A stretch of 63,941 nt of DNA, the filler included, from Reclinomonas americana ATCC 50394 (taxonomy: Eukaryota): assembly GCA_048213135.1 (NCBI GenBank). It is 15 parts of 15 records of this genome, joined end to end, with 100 filler letters (N's around TTAATTAATTAA, not from the genome) between each part and the next. Parts side by side here need not be neighbours in the genome. Positions count along the whole stretch, not along the records: positions 1 to 12,914 come from AFZH01018997.1; 14 more parts are not named here. The stretch is one strand, 5' to 3'. Shown here in pieces: positions 1 to 11,934 of this stretch. Numbering within the stretch: the stretch's first letter is position 1; every line of letters begins with the position of its first letter. The translations under genes were made by a program, and so were the position numbers. The notes beneath the pieces are model-generated. The model was not told the origin of the DNA and did no database searches. It saw only the letters and a list, made by a program, of their open reading frames with translations.

Positions 1-7
1 GGGAGAA

Positions 8-820
8 TCACATCACGTACCCCAAATGGCGCCGCAGATTGCGGCGGTGCGTGGCAAGAGCGCGCTCCTTCTCGCCACGGACTTGCTTGGCATACGGCGA
101 GAGCTGGCGCACTTCCTCGCTCACGGCAAGGATGCGCTGGTGCTTGGCAAAGGCAAGACGATCGCACACTGCCACCGTCTGCTTGATGTGGGCCTCGTTG
201 GCGTGGAATTTGTGCGTCTGCTTGACGCCCAGCGTCTTCCGGGCGTGGAGCAGTGCCTGGGTGGTGAACGGAGTGTCGGGGTTGTTGTAGCCGAGCTTCT
301 GCAATACGGGAGAGAGAGGAAGCGCGCGCGCGCGCGGGAATCGTGAGGTCAGCGAACTGCAGGTGGTGATTCGATGCGCGCCAAAATTAATAGACACGCA
401 CGATGCTGTAGTCGCGGTGCTGGCTCTGGGCGCCGCGGTGGCCATTGATGGAGGTCATGTCGTGGTAGATGGTGTAGTAGGCGACGCTGCGACTATTGAC
501 ACGGTGCACGGCGTAGGAGGCAAAGGCCTTGTCGATGTGCTCGTCATCAAAGCACCTCTGCACGGCAAGCTCCTGCTCTTCAGCATCACGGTACTTCGCT
601 GCGGTGGGCGCACTGTGAGAACACAGTGGTACCAGGGGGAAGAGCAACACGGCGGCGAGCACGCACCCAGTGGACAGTAGTGTTCGCGGAGAAAAGTCAT
701 GAACTGCTTGACCATGATCTGCTGGTTGCGCAGGGTGTTGGCCTTGTTCTGGTGTGTGCGCTGCCACTCCTCAAGCTGCTCGTGGATGCGCCGCACGTAA
801 TCATCCGCCTCCTCGCTCAT
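8..820 (-). CDS. Multi-exon gene running off the window start; resembles the N-terminal core-binding domain of a tyrosine recombinase (DIRS/Crypton/Cre-like)
   Basis: ATG at 820, GT-AG intron 666-599 and a further intron. Spliced protein: MSEEADDYVRR...NKANTLRNQQIMVKQFMTFLREHY...AYYTIYHDMTSI...KLGYNNPDTPFTTQALLHARKTLGVKQTHK. This resembles the recalled YR pattern 'NT...F..F / TI...SI...G..NP...L...R+..G'. No catalytic residues are visible in the window. Confidence 0.4.
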
Positions 821-992
821 GATGCGCTCTCTGCAGCAGGAGGAAATGCAGTGAGGGTATAATTGGCTGAAACTAATGGCGAGAGCGATTGGTGAAATAC
901 ACAGCGCGTGCTGCGCGTTCTCCTGAAATACGCAGCGCGTGCCCTGCTCTTTCAACTAATCCAGAACCCCTCTGATTCTCCTTAATACTCAC

Positions 993-1279
993 AATGTGCT
1001 GGCCGTCAGGAGTGACAGTGACGGAGATCACATTTGCAGTGTGTCCCACCAGCCGTCGCACTTCCTCTCCGCTCGCCAGCGACCACACACGTACCGACCC
1101 GTCATAGCCCCCACTCACGATAAACTGACCGTCGGGAGTCACAGCGACACCTCGCACCGCGTCTGTGTGACCCCGCAAGACCTGTGTCACACGATGAGAT
1201 GTACGCGTATAGAGAGAGCAACAGTCAAACACACGAATCCCTCACACGCACACACATGTGAGCGCACCTTGGTTGCCAT
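993..1279 (-). pseudogene. Truncated WD40 gene, array copy 1 (about 1.6 repeats); possibly the 5' part of a fusion transcript
   Basis: Exon 1 ATGGCAACCAAG (MATK, 1279-1268), intron GTGCGC...CAG (1267-1182), then VLRGHTDAVRGVAVTPDGQFIVSGG...TPDGQHI. Similarity to the other copies stops abruptly near 990. Confidence 0.75.
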
Positions 1280-3601
1280 TGGAAACGAGGAAGCATAAAT
1301 GTCACTTGTGCCCTCTCTCTCTTTCTGGTTCGCTTCTGTTGACTTGCGCTCTTCGGAGAGCAAGCCACCTGCGGTACTCTGCTGTGGTAAACGAAGAGTC
1401 TGTTCTTATCTCGTGTGTGCGTGTGTTATGTGTGTTTATGTGTGATTGCTCGCTCGGGATTGTCACCGTTTCCCGCCTTTCTTCTCCCACCTTGCTCCAA
1501 GACGCTGTCCATCCGTCGCCAGGCTGCAGCCAGTACCCCACTCAGCATACAGCAGTATGAGAGCGATGTGGCTTCTTTGATGCGTGCGGGCTTTCGAAGA
1601 CCGACACGGGACTCGTTATTGCGAAATCGGCAAAATGGACATGCTGGCGACACAAAGTGGCGCTCCACTGCATCGCGCTGCTGTCCAGCGACATTTCATT
1701 GCGACTGGCCTGCACTATCTCTCAACGAGGACTGGCATGTCGTGCTGCTTGGATGTGCAGTTGCGGCCCTGTTGTGCTGATGCCACGTCACACCCGAGAA
1801 TCCAATGAGCAGCGGGTCTGCGAAACCTCACCTCCTCGGATCGGTCCACAGCGAGGTTGAGGTGAGACAATGAAGAAAAGGAGTCACAAGGAACAGGAGA
1901 GGAGCAATAAGCAGCGGTGGAAGAGGCAGCTGCGTCGTGAGACTCGCTTCCTCTCATCCAAGTCACAATCAATGCCTCGCGCTTTCAATCACACTCACAG
2001 TCGGTCGGTGCATTGTCTCATGCATGTACTGTGACGCATGAAACCACGTGTTGCCCAGTGGCCAATCACTTGCCAGCACGCGCGCCTGTGACACAGAATG
2101 GAGTCAGTCAATCTCCAAGTCTCACCAACTTACTCCTCAACGCAGATGCAGAACACGTACGCACCAGGCTACGCGCGCGTCTGCAGTCTCCCATGGCCAC
2201 CACCATCATCACCAGGCAGTGACAGCAGCAACCAAGGTGCTCACATCATCGATCCGCTCCGACTTGCCAGCCGGATTGAAAACGATCCACCGACCAGGCC
2301 ACCGGCACACAGCACGGCACGCAGGTGTCCAGCTGCAGCCATGAGTAGATTGCCGAGCACGCGTCTGCAGTCTTCCATGGCCACCAGTATCATCACTCGA
2401 CAGAGGCAGCAGCAACCAAGGTGCACACATCATTGATCCGCTCCGACTTGCCAGCCGGGATTGAAAACGATCCACCGACCAGGCCATCCATCGCACATCC
2501 ACCCAGCCGCGCTCTCCATGACGTGCACGGCTTGCATAATTGAGGTGAGTGGGAGGGAAGGAGGAAAGAAAGATCACGCCGAACAAGTCCACACACCTGC
2601 TCAGTGCAGGGTGGGATGCGAGTGGGGAGCCGAGTGAGTGAGGTGACGGTCGACAACGGGCAATGCACATCACGCCTGCCATTACCACGACATGCTTTCC
2701 ATGGTCTCTGCATGGCGGTGTGCTGTGAGCGAAAGAACGGAGAAAGGAGAGAGAAATCTGCTGCTCTGTCTCAATGACGAACACACCGATCAGCACCTGA
2801 TACCAAAACGCGTTTGGTCAAGAGGCAAGGCGAGGGATGATTCAGCACACACATCCATCCTGCAAAGGAGAGGGAGAGAGAGAGAGAGAGAGCGAGCAGA
2901 GTCAGTATGCAGGTATGCCACCTCACACACTTCGGCATCGGGAAGCTCACCATGATAGACTGGCAGGATGGCAATCGGAACACGGTGAGCGGACCAGCAT
3001 GCTCGGCCTCGAGCGTGTGCGGGAGGGATGGGGTGGATGACTGGGGAGGCAGATGAGCGCACAAAGGAGAGAGACGGTGGGGAAAGAGAGAGACTCTGCA
3101 GGAGGCAGGAAAAAGAGAGCTGAAAGACAGGCATTCTTCGGGGCGGAAGGAGAATGTCCACGGCGCACAGGCACAATGGGAAGCAGAGCAGTGATGCCAA
3201 AGTGGTACGCAAAAGAAGACGCGAGGAAACAAACATCGATATCGGTGACTCGCTCTCCTGAGGCACATATATGCACGACTGAAGATGCACGCACAACAAA
3301 TATCACAACGAGACAGAAAGACACACTAGACTACCAAGTGATTCATCTTGCTCGCACACACAAATAGAGGTGATAAAGAGACACGCATGCAGAGGGAAAC
3401 GTGCTTCACGCCCGCACAATCACATTCATGTGACAAGAAAAAACCGACGGGAGAGCTCCTCGTAAACAACAATCTCTGCCTTCCTCTGTCATTCTCTCTC
3501 CCCACCTGCATCCCGCATGCTCACCAACTCTCCCTCGCAAGACACGAAAACAACTCACAATCACCAACAGCCACCGCTCTCCCTTCCTTCGACTCACCGA
3601 C

Positions 3602-4764
3602 TCAGCACCGGAAAAGGACGACCTCGGCATCCTCGGCGATGAAGCAGCGCAGAACCAGCTCGGGAAGGCATCGTGAATCTACTTCTTCCTCGACCACCTG
3701 CATCTCCAGCACAGCCGGCATGGCCGAGCGCGCAGCGTCGAGCTCGAGGCGAGCGAGGCCACGCGGCGCGGTCCACACTCTCACGGTCTTGTCGTAGCCA
3801 CCCGCACTCACAATGTGCTGACCATCGGGAGAGACAGCGACAGACGACGCCCATCCAGTGTGTCCCTCCAACCGTCGTACTTCCTCGCCACTTGCCAGAG
3901 ACCACATCCGAATTGTGCCGTCTCCGCTCCCACCAACGATGTGCTGGCCATCGGGAGTGACGGTGACAGACGACACCCATGCAGTGTGTCCGTCCAACCG
4001 TCGCACCTCCTCGCCACTAGCCAGAGACCAGACCCGCACAGTTTCGTCTCCACCACCACTCACAATATGCAGATTATCAGAGGTGGCGGAGACAGAACAC
4101 ACTCGATTTGTGTGCCCCGCCAGCCGTCGCACCTCCTCCCCACTCGCCAGAGACCACACCCGCACTGTGTTGTCGAAACTGCCACTCACGATGTGTTGAC
4201 AATCGGGAGTGACAGCGACTGACCACACCTTTTCGGTGTGGCCCGCCAACCGTCGCACCTCCTCCCCACTCGCCAGAGACCACACCCGTACAGTCTTGTC
4301 GAAGCCGCCGCTGACGATGCGCTGACCATCAGGAGTGACTGCGACAGACATCACCATGCCGGTGTGGCCCGCCAACCGTCGCAGCTCTTCCCCACTCGCC
4401 AGTGACCACATCCGCACTGTGTTGTCTCGACCCCCACTAACAATCTGCTGGCCATCAGGAGTGACGGCGACAGAAAACACCACATCAGCGTGTCCCCCCA
4501 GCCGTTGCACTTCTTCGCCACTCGCCAGAGACCACACTCGAACGGTGCCGTCCTCACACCCACCAACAATGTGCTTGCCATCGGGCGTGACGGCGACGGA
4601 TCGCACCACTGCGAGACTCTGAATGATCTGCGTCGATCACTCGCGGTGAGACGCACACACAAACATGAACACAAACAGCAACCACACACACGCACGAGCA
4701 CACGAATGCATGCACAGACACCAACCACGCAAAAGTGGGCACACATTCACACCTTTGTTTCCAT
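3602..4764 (-). CDS. WD40-repeat protein with 7 repeats and a SOCS-box-like C-terminus (copy 2)
   Basis: Exon 1 METK (4764-4753), intron 4752-4628, exon 2 in frame: IIQSLAVVRSVAVTPDGK... with seven 42-aa GH...TVRVWS repeats. Stop at 3602. Confidence 0.9.
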
Positions 4765-6910
4765 TCTCCGTGTGTGGTGAGTGTGTTTTGCTCGCTCTGG
4801 ATTGTCACCGTTTCCCGCCTTTCTTCTCCCGCCTTGCTCTGAGACCTCGCCAGGCTGCAACCAGTACGCCACACAACATACAGAAGTATGGCTTCTTTGA
4901 TGCGTGTGGGCTTTTGAAGACCACCAGGGGACTCGTCGATGAGAAATCGGCAGCATGGACATATGCATGCTGGCGACACAAGGTGGCGCTCCACTGCTCC
5001 GTGCATGCCCAGCGACACTTCATTTCGACTGTCCTGTATTCTCTCTCAACGAGGACTGGCATATCGGGCTGCTTGGGTACGCAGCTGTGGCCCTGGTGTG
5101 CAGGTGCCATAGCGCACCCGAGAATCCATGGAGCACCGAGTCTTCGAAACCTCAAGCCTCCTCGGATCGGCCCACAGCGAAGCTGACGAGGTGCACGTCA
5201 TGACTGCACGACGAAGAAGGAGAGTCACAGGGAACAGGAGAGGAGAGACCAGCACAGCAGCACAACGATGGACGAGGCAGCTGCGTCGTGAGGCTCGCCT
5301 CCTCTCACCCAACTCACAATCAATGCTTCATGCCTTCAATCACACTCACAGTCGGTCGGTGCATTGTCTCATGCATGTACTGTGTGGCACGGAACCAAGT
5401 GTCTTCGCATGCCAGTGACGAGTCACTTGCCAGCACGCTAATCACACAGAATTGAGTCAGTCAAATCTCCATGTCTCACCAACTTACTCCTCAACGCAGA
5501 TGCAGAACACGCACGCACCAGGCCACGCGCGCGTCTGCAGTCTCCCATGGCCACCAGTATCATTACTTGGCGGCGACAGCAGCAACCAAGAAGCGCACAT
5601 CATCGATCCGCTCTGACTTGCCAACCGGGATCGAGAACGATCCACCGACCAGGCCACCCATCGGGAACACGACACGCATGTGTCCACCCATGAGTAGATT
5701 GCCGAGCACGCGTCTGCAGTCTTCCATGGCCACCAGCATCATCACTCGAGAGACGGCGGCAGCCAAGGTGCGCACATCATCGATCTGCTCCGACTTGCCC
5801 AGCCGGGATTGAAAACGATCCACCAACCAGGCAATCGCATATCACGACACGCATGTGTACATCCCCCCACCACGCACTCCTTGACGAGCACGGCCTGCAC
5901 GAATGAGGTGAGTGGGAGGGAAGGAGGAAAAGAGAGATCACGAAGAACAGGGCCACACAACTGCTGGGATGCGAGTGGGGAGCCGAGTGAGTGAGGTGAC
6001 GGTCGACAACGGGCAATGCACATCACGCCTGTCATTACCACGACATGCTTTCCATGGTCTCTGCATGCCGGTGTTCTGTGAGCAAAGAATGGAGGACGGG
6101 GAGAGATATCTGCTCTGTCTAACTGACAAACACACCGATCAGCATCTGATACCAACGCGCGTTTGTCAAGAGGCAAGCCAAGGGACGTTCACACAACCAT
6201 CCTGCAAGGGAGAGAAGGAGCAGAGTCAGTATGCAGGTATGCCACCTCACACATTTCGGAATCGGGAAGCTCACCGTGATGGACTGGCAGGATGGCAATT
6301 GGAACACGGTGAGCGGACCAGAATGCTCGGCCTCGAGCGTGTGCGGCAAGGAGGGGCGGATTACTGGGGAATCAGATGAGCGCACAAAAGCAGGGAGATG
6401 GCGGAGAAAGAGATAGACTTTGCAGGAGGCAGGAAAAAAGAGAGCTGAAAGACAGGCATTCTTCGCAGTCGCACGTGCACAATGGGAAGCAGAGTATAGA
6501 GGTGCCAATGAGGTGTGCAAAACAAGACGCGAGGGAAACAGATAACGGTGACTCGCTCTCATGAGGCACGTATATCAGCGACGAAAGATGCACACACAAC
6601 AGACTTCACAACGAGGAGAAAAGAAATCACAGACTCCCAAGCGATTCATCGAGTTTGCACACACAAATGGAGGTGAGAAAGAGGCACGCATGCAGAGGGA
6701 GATGTGCTTCACTACCTCTCTCTCACTCACATGATAGGGCAACAAGCACAGAGAACAATTCTGCATCATCCACGTCGACTTCTCTCCTCTCGTCTGTCAT
6801 CCTCTCTTCCCCCACCCACACCCACATGATCACCCACTCTCCCTCGCAAGACACGAAAGCAACTCACGATCACCAGCAGCCACCGCTCTCCCATCCTTTG
6901 GCTCACCTTC

Positions 6911-8575
6911 TCAGCACCGAAAAAGGACGACCTCGGCATCCTCGACGATGAAACAGCGCAGAACCAGCTCGGGAAGACATCGTGAATCTACTTCCTCCTC
7001 CTGCATCTCCTGCACAGCCTGCATGGCCGAGCGCGCGGTGTCGAGTTCGAGACGGGCAAGGCCGCGCGGCGTGGACCACACTCGCACGGTCTCGTCGTAG
7101 CCACCCGCGCTCACAATGTGCTGACCATTGGGAGTGGCGGCAACAGACATCACCAGGTCCGAGTGTCCCTCTAACCGTCGTATTTCCTCGCCACTCGCCA
7201 GAGACCACACCCGCACGGTACAGTCCCCACCCCCGCTCACGATATGTTGGCCGTCGGGAGTGACGGCAACAGACCACCCAGGGCGAGTATGTCCCTCTAA
7301 CCGTCGCACTTGGTCTCCAGTCGCCAGTGACCATACTCGCACGGTGTTGTCCCCACCGCCACTCACAATGTACTGACCATCGGGAGTGACGGCGACAGAC
7401 CACACCATGCCAGTGTGTCCTTCCAATCGGCGCACTTCTTCGCCGCTCGCCAGAGACCAGACTCGACTGTGTTGTCGAAGCTGCTGCTGATGATGTGCCG
7501 ACCATCGGGAGTGACGACGACAGACAACACCCTAGTGTGCCCCTCCAACCGCCGCACCTCCTCCCCATGTACATGTGACCACACCCGCACTGTCTTGTCG
7601 AGGCTGCCACTCACGATATTCAGACCATCGGAGGTGACTGCGACGGACACCCGTATTGGAGTGTCCCTCCAACCGTCGCACCTCTTCTCCGCTCGCCAGA
7701 GACCATACCCGCACGGTGCTGTCCTCGCTCCCACTCACAATATGCTGACCGCTGGGAGTAACAGCGACGGCGCACACCCTTCCAGTGTGTCCCTCCAACT
7801 GTCGCACCTCCTCACCACTTGCCAGTGACCACACTCGTACTGTGCAGTCCCAGCTCCCACTGATTATGTGCTGACCATCGTAAGTGACGGCAACAGAGTA
7901 CACCAAGCCAGTGTGTCCTTCCAACCGTCGCACCTCCTCCCCACTCGCCAGTGACCACACCGCACTGTGTTGTCTTCACCGCCGCTCACAACGTGCTGAC
8001 CATCAGGGGTGACGGCGACACAATACACCCATCCAGTGTGTCCCACCAGCGGTCGCACCTCCATCCCACTCATCAAGGACCACACACGCACGGTAAAGTC
8101 TCCGCCCCCACCGACAAAAAGCTGACCATCAGGAGTGACGGCGACAGACGACACCCCGCCAGCGTTTCCCACCAGCCGTCGCACTTCTTCCCCACTCGCC
8201 AGAGACCACATTCGAACGGCGCTGTCCTCACATCCAGCAACAAAGTGCTTGCCATCAGGGGTGACGGTGACAGACCACACCGTTCTAGAGTGTCCACCCA
8301 GTCGTCGCTCTTCTTCCCCACTCGCCAGAGACCAAATTCGGATGGTGCCGTCGTCACACCCACCAACAATGTGCTTGCCATCGGGAGTGACGGCGACGGA
8401 CCACATCGCAGCGCGACTCTGAATGATCTGCAGCTGTGCCGATCACCCGCGGTGAGACGCACATGTACATGAACAAACACAAAGAACAACAACCGCACAC
8501 ATGCACAAGCACACGAATGCACGCACAGACACCAACCACGCAAAAGTGCGCACACATTCACACCTTTGTTGTCAT
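6911..8575 (-). pseudogene. WD40 gene copy 3 with 11 repeats and three frameshifts
   Basis: Exon 1 MTTK (8575-8564), exon 2 from 8427. The repeats are split over ORFs 7864-8406, 7532-7960, 7363-7734 and 6911-7435, with frame changes near 7960, 7650 and 7465. Same C-terminal tail as the other copies. Confidence 0.8.
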
Positions 8576-10748
8576 TCTCCGTGTGTGTAGTGTATGTGTG
8601 TGTGCGTTGCTCGCTCGGGATTGTCATCATTTCCCGCCTTTCTTCTCCCGCCTTGCTCCGAGACGCCGTCCATCCGTCGCCAGGCTGCAGCCAGTACCCC
8701 ACACAGCATGCAGTAGTGTGAGAGCAATGTGGCTTCTTTGATGCGTGTGGGATTTTGAAGACCGATATGAGCCTCGTCGATGCGAAATCGGCAAAATGGA
8801 CATGCTGGTGGTGACGACACAAGGTGGCACTCCACTGCACCGTGCTGCTGTCCAGCGACACTCTCTTTCAACTGATCTGCATTATCTCTCAACGAGGACT
8901 GGCATGTCGGTCTGCTTGGATACGCAGTTGTGGCCCTGGTGGGCAGATGCCATGGTACACCCGAATCCATGGAGCACCGAGTCATCGATACCTCAAGCCT
9001 CCTTGGATCGGCCCACAGCGAGGTTGATGATGGTACGATGAAGAAGGAGAGTCACAGGGAACAGGAGAGGAGAGACCAGCACAGTAGCACGTGCACATCG
9101 ATGGAACAGGCAGCTGCGTCGTGAGGCTCGCCTCTCACCCAAGTCACAATCAATGCCTCGTGCCTTCAATCACACTCACAGTCGGTCGGTGCATTGTCTC
9201 ATGCATGCACTGTGTGGCACGGAACCACGTGTCTTCGCATGCCAGTGACGAGTCACTTGCCAGCACGCCTATCACACAGAATTGAGTTAGTCAATCTCCA
9301 AGTCTCACCAACTTACTCCTCAACGCAGATGCAGAACACGTACGCACCAGGCCACGCGCGCATCTGCAGTCTCCCATGGCCATCATTATCATTACCTGGC
9401 GGCGACAGCAGCAACCAAGAAGCGCACATCATCGATCCGCTCTGACTTGCCAACCGGGATCGAGAACGATCCACCGACCAGGCCACCCATCGGGAAACAC
9501 GACACGCACGTGTCCACCCATGAATAGATTGCCGAGCACGCGTCTGCAGTCTTCCATGGCCACCAGCATCATCACTTGACATAGACGGCGGCAGCCAAGG
9601 CGCGCACATCATTGATCCGCTCCGACTCGCCAGCCGGGACTGAAAACGATCCACCGACCAGGCCATCCATCGCACATCACGACACACATGTGTACATCCA
9701 CCCAGCAACGAATTCCACGGCATGCACGACCTACACGACTGAGGTGAGTGGGAGGGAAGGAGGAGAGAGAGATCACGACGAACAAGGCCACACACCTGCA
9801 TCGTGCAATGGTGGGATGCGAGTGGGGAGCCGAGTGATTGAGGTGACAGCCGACAACGGGCGATGCACACCAAGTCTGTCATCGCCACGACATGCTCTCC
9901 ATGGTCTCTGCATGCCGGTGTACTGTGAGCAAAAGAATGGAGGACGGGGAGAGAAATCTGCTCTGTCTCAACGACGAACACACCGATCAGCACCTGATAC
10001 CAACGCGCGTTTGTCAAGAAGCAAGCCAAGGGACGCTCACACAACCGTCCTGCAAGGAGAGAGAAGGAGCAGAGTCAGTATGCAGGTATGCCACCTCACA
10101 CACCTCGGCATCGGGAAGCTCATGATCACCGTGATGGACTGGCAGGATGGCAATCGGAACACGGTGAGCGGACCAGCAGCTCGACCTCGAGCGTGTGCGG
10201 CAAGGAGGGGCGGATTTCTGGGGAATCAGATGAGCGCACAAAGGCAGGGAGATGGCGGAGAAAGAGATAGACTATGCAGGAGGCAGGAAAAAGAGAGCTG
10301 AAAGACATGCATTCTTCGCAGTCGCACGTGCACAATGGGAAGCAGAGTATAGCGGTGCCAAGGAAGTATGCAAAGCGAGACGCGAGGGAAACAATCATCG
10401 GTGACTGGCTCTCATGAGGCACATACACGCGCGATGAAAGATACGCACAACAGACATCACAACGAGACAAAAAGACACAACAGACTCCAAAGTGACCCGT
10501 CGCGCTTGCACACAAAATAGAGGTGAGAATGAGACACGCATCCAGAGAGAGATATCCTTCACGCCCACACTCACATTCACATGACAGGGCAACAAGCACG
10601 GTGAGCAATAACAACGATCTCTCTGCCTTTCCTCTGTCTTCTCTCTTCCGCCATCCAGCACTCGCATGATCACCCACTCTTCCTCGCAAGACACGAAAAA
10701 CAACTCACAGCACCAGCAGCCATCTCTCTCTCCCTCCGACTCACCAAC

Positions 10749-11934
10749 TCAGCACCGGAAAAGGACGACCTCGGTATCTTCGACGATGAAGCAGCGCAGA
10801 ACCATCTCGGGAAGGGATCGAGAATCTACTTCCTCCTCGTCCTCCTGCATCTCCTGCACAGCTTGCATGGCCGAGCGCGCGGCGTCGAGTTCGAGACGAG
10901 CGAGGCCACGCGGTGTGGACCACACTCTCACGGTCTTGTCGTAGCCACCCGCGCTCACAATGTGCTGACCATCGGGAGAGACGGCAACAGATATCACCAG
11001 GTGCGTGTGTCCCTCCAACCGTCGCACCTCCTCGCCATTCTCCAGAGACCATACCCGCACGGTGCTGTCCTCGCTCCCACTCACGACGTGCTGGCCATTG
11101 GAGGTGATGGTGACAGACGAGACCCATCCAGTGTGTCCTTCTAGTCGTCGCACTTCTTCTCCACTCCTCAGTGACCACACTCTCACCGTTTTGTCCCTAC
11201 TGCCACTCACGATGTGCTGACCGTCTGGAGTAACAGCGACAGAAATCACCCAGTCAGTGTGTCCCTCCAACCGCCGCACTTCTTCGCCGCTCGCCGGCAA
11301 CCATACCCGCACTGTCTTGTCTCCACCCCCACTCACAACGTGCTTGCCATCGGGGGTGACTGCCACAGACCACACCGAAATAGCGTGTCCCTCTAACCGT
11401 CGCACCTCCTCGCCACTCTCCAGCGACCACACTCGCACTGTCTTGTCGAAGCCGCCGCTGACGACGCGCTGACCATCAGGGGTGAAGGTGACAGACATCA
11501 CAGCATTGGTGTGGCCTTCCAGCCGCAGCACCTCTTCTCCACTCTCCAGCAACCACACACGCACGGTACGGTCTCCACACCCACTCACTAACTGCTGGCC
11601 ATTGGGGGTGACGGCGACAGACCACACCGAACCAGCGTGTCCATCCAGTCGTCGCACTTCTTCCCCACTCGCCAAAGACCACACACGAACGGAGCTGTCC
11701 ATGCACCCACCAACAATGTGCTTGCCATCGGGAGTGATGGTGACGGACCGCACCGAAGAAGCGAGACTCTGAATGATCTGTGACGATCACTTGCAGTGAG
11801 ACGCACGCAGTAGCAATCAAAGACAACATAACAACACAAAGAACAACAACCGCACACGAATGCACAAGCACACAAATGCACGCACAGACACCAACCACGC
11901 AAAAGTGCGCATACATTCACACCTTGGTTGTCAT
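10749..11934 (-). CDS. WD40-repeat protein with 7 repeats and a SOCS-box-like C-terminus (copy 4)
   Basis: Exon 1 MTTK (11934-11923), exon 2 from 11777 in frame with ORF 10749-11753. Confidence 0.9.

Noticed and set aside
6911..8406. Programmed frameshifting or a non-standard genetic code in WD40 copy 3
   Set aside because: The breaks are simple 1-2 nt losses at unrelated sites with no slippery motif, and other genes use TAA, TAG and TGA as normal stops.
3602..11753. 126-nt periodic repeats as a CRISPR array
   Set aside because: They are in-frame WD40 coding repeats without unique spacers, no cas genes are present, and the context is eukaryotic.
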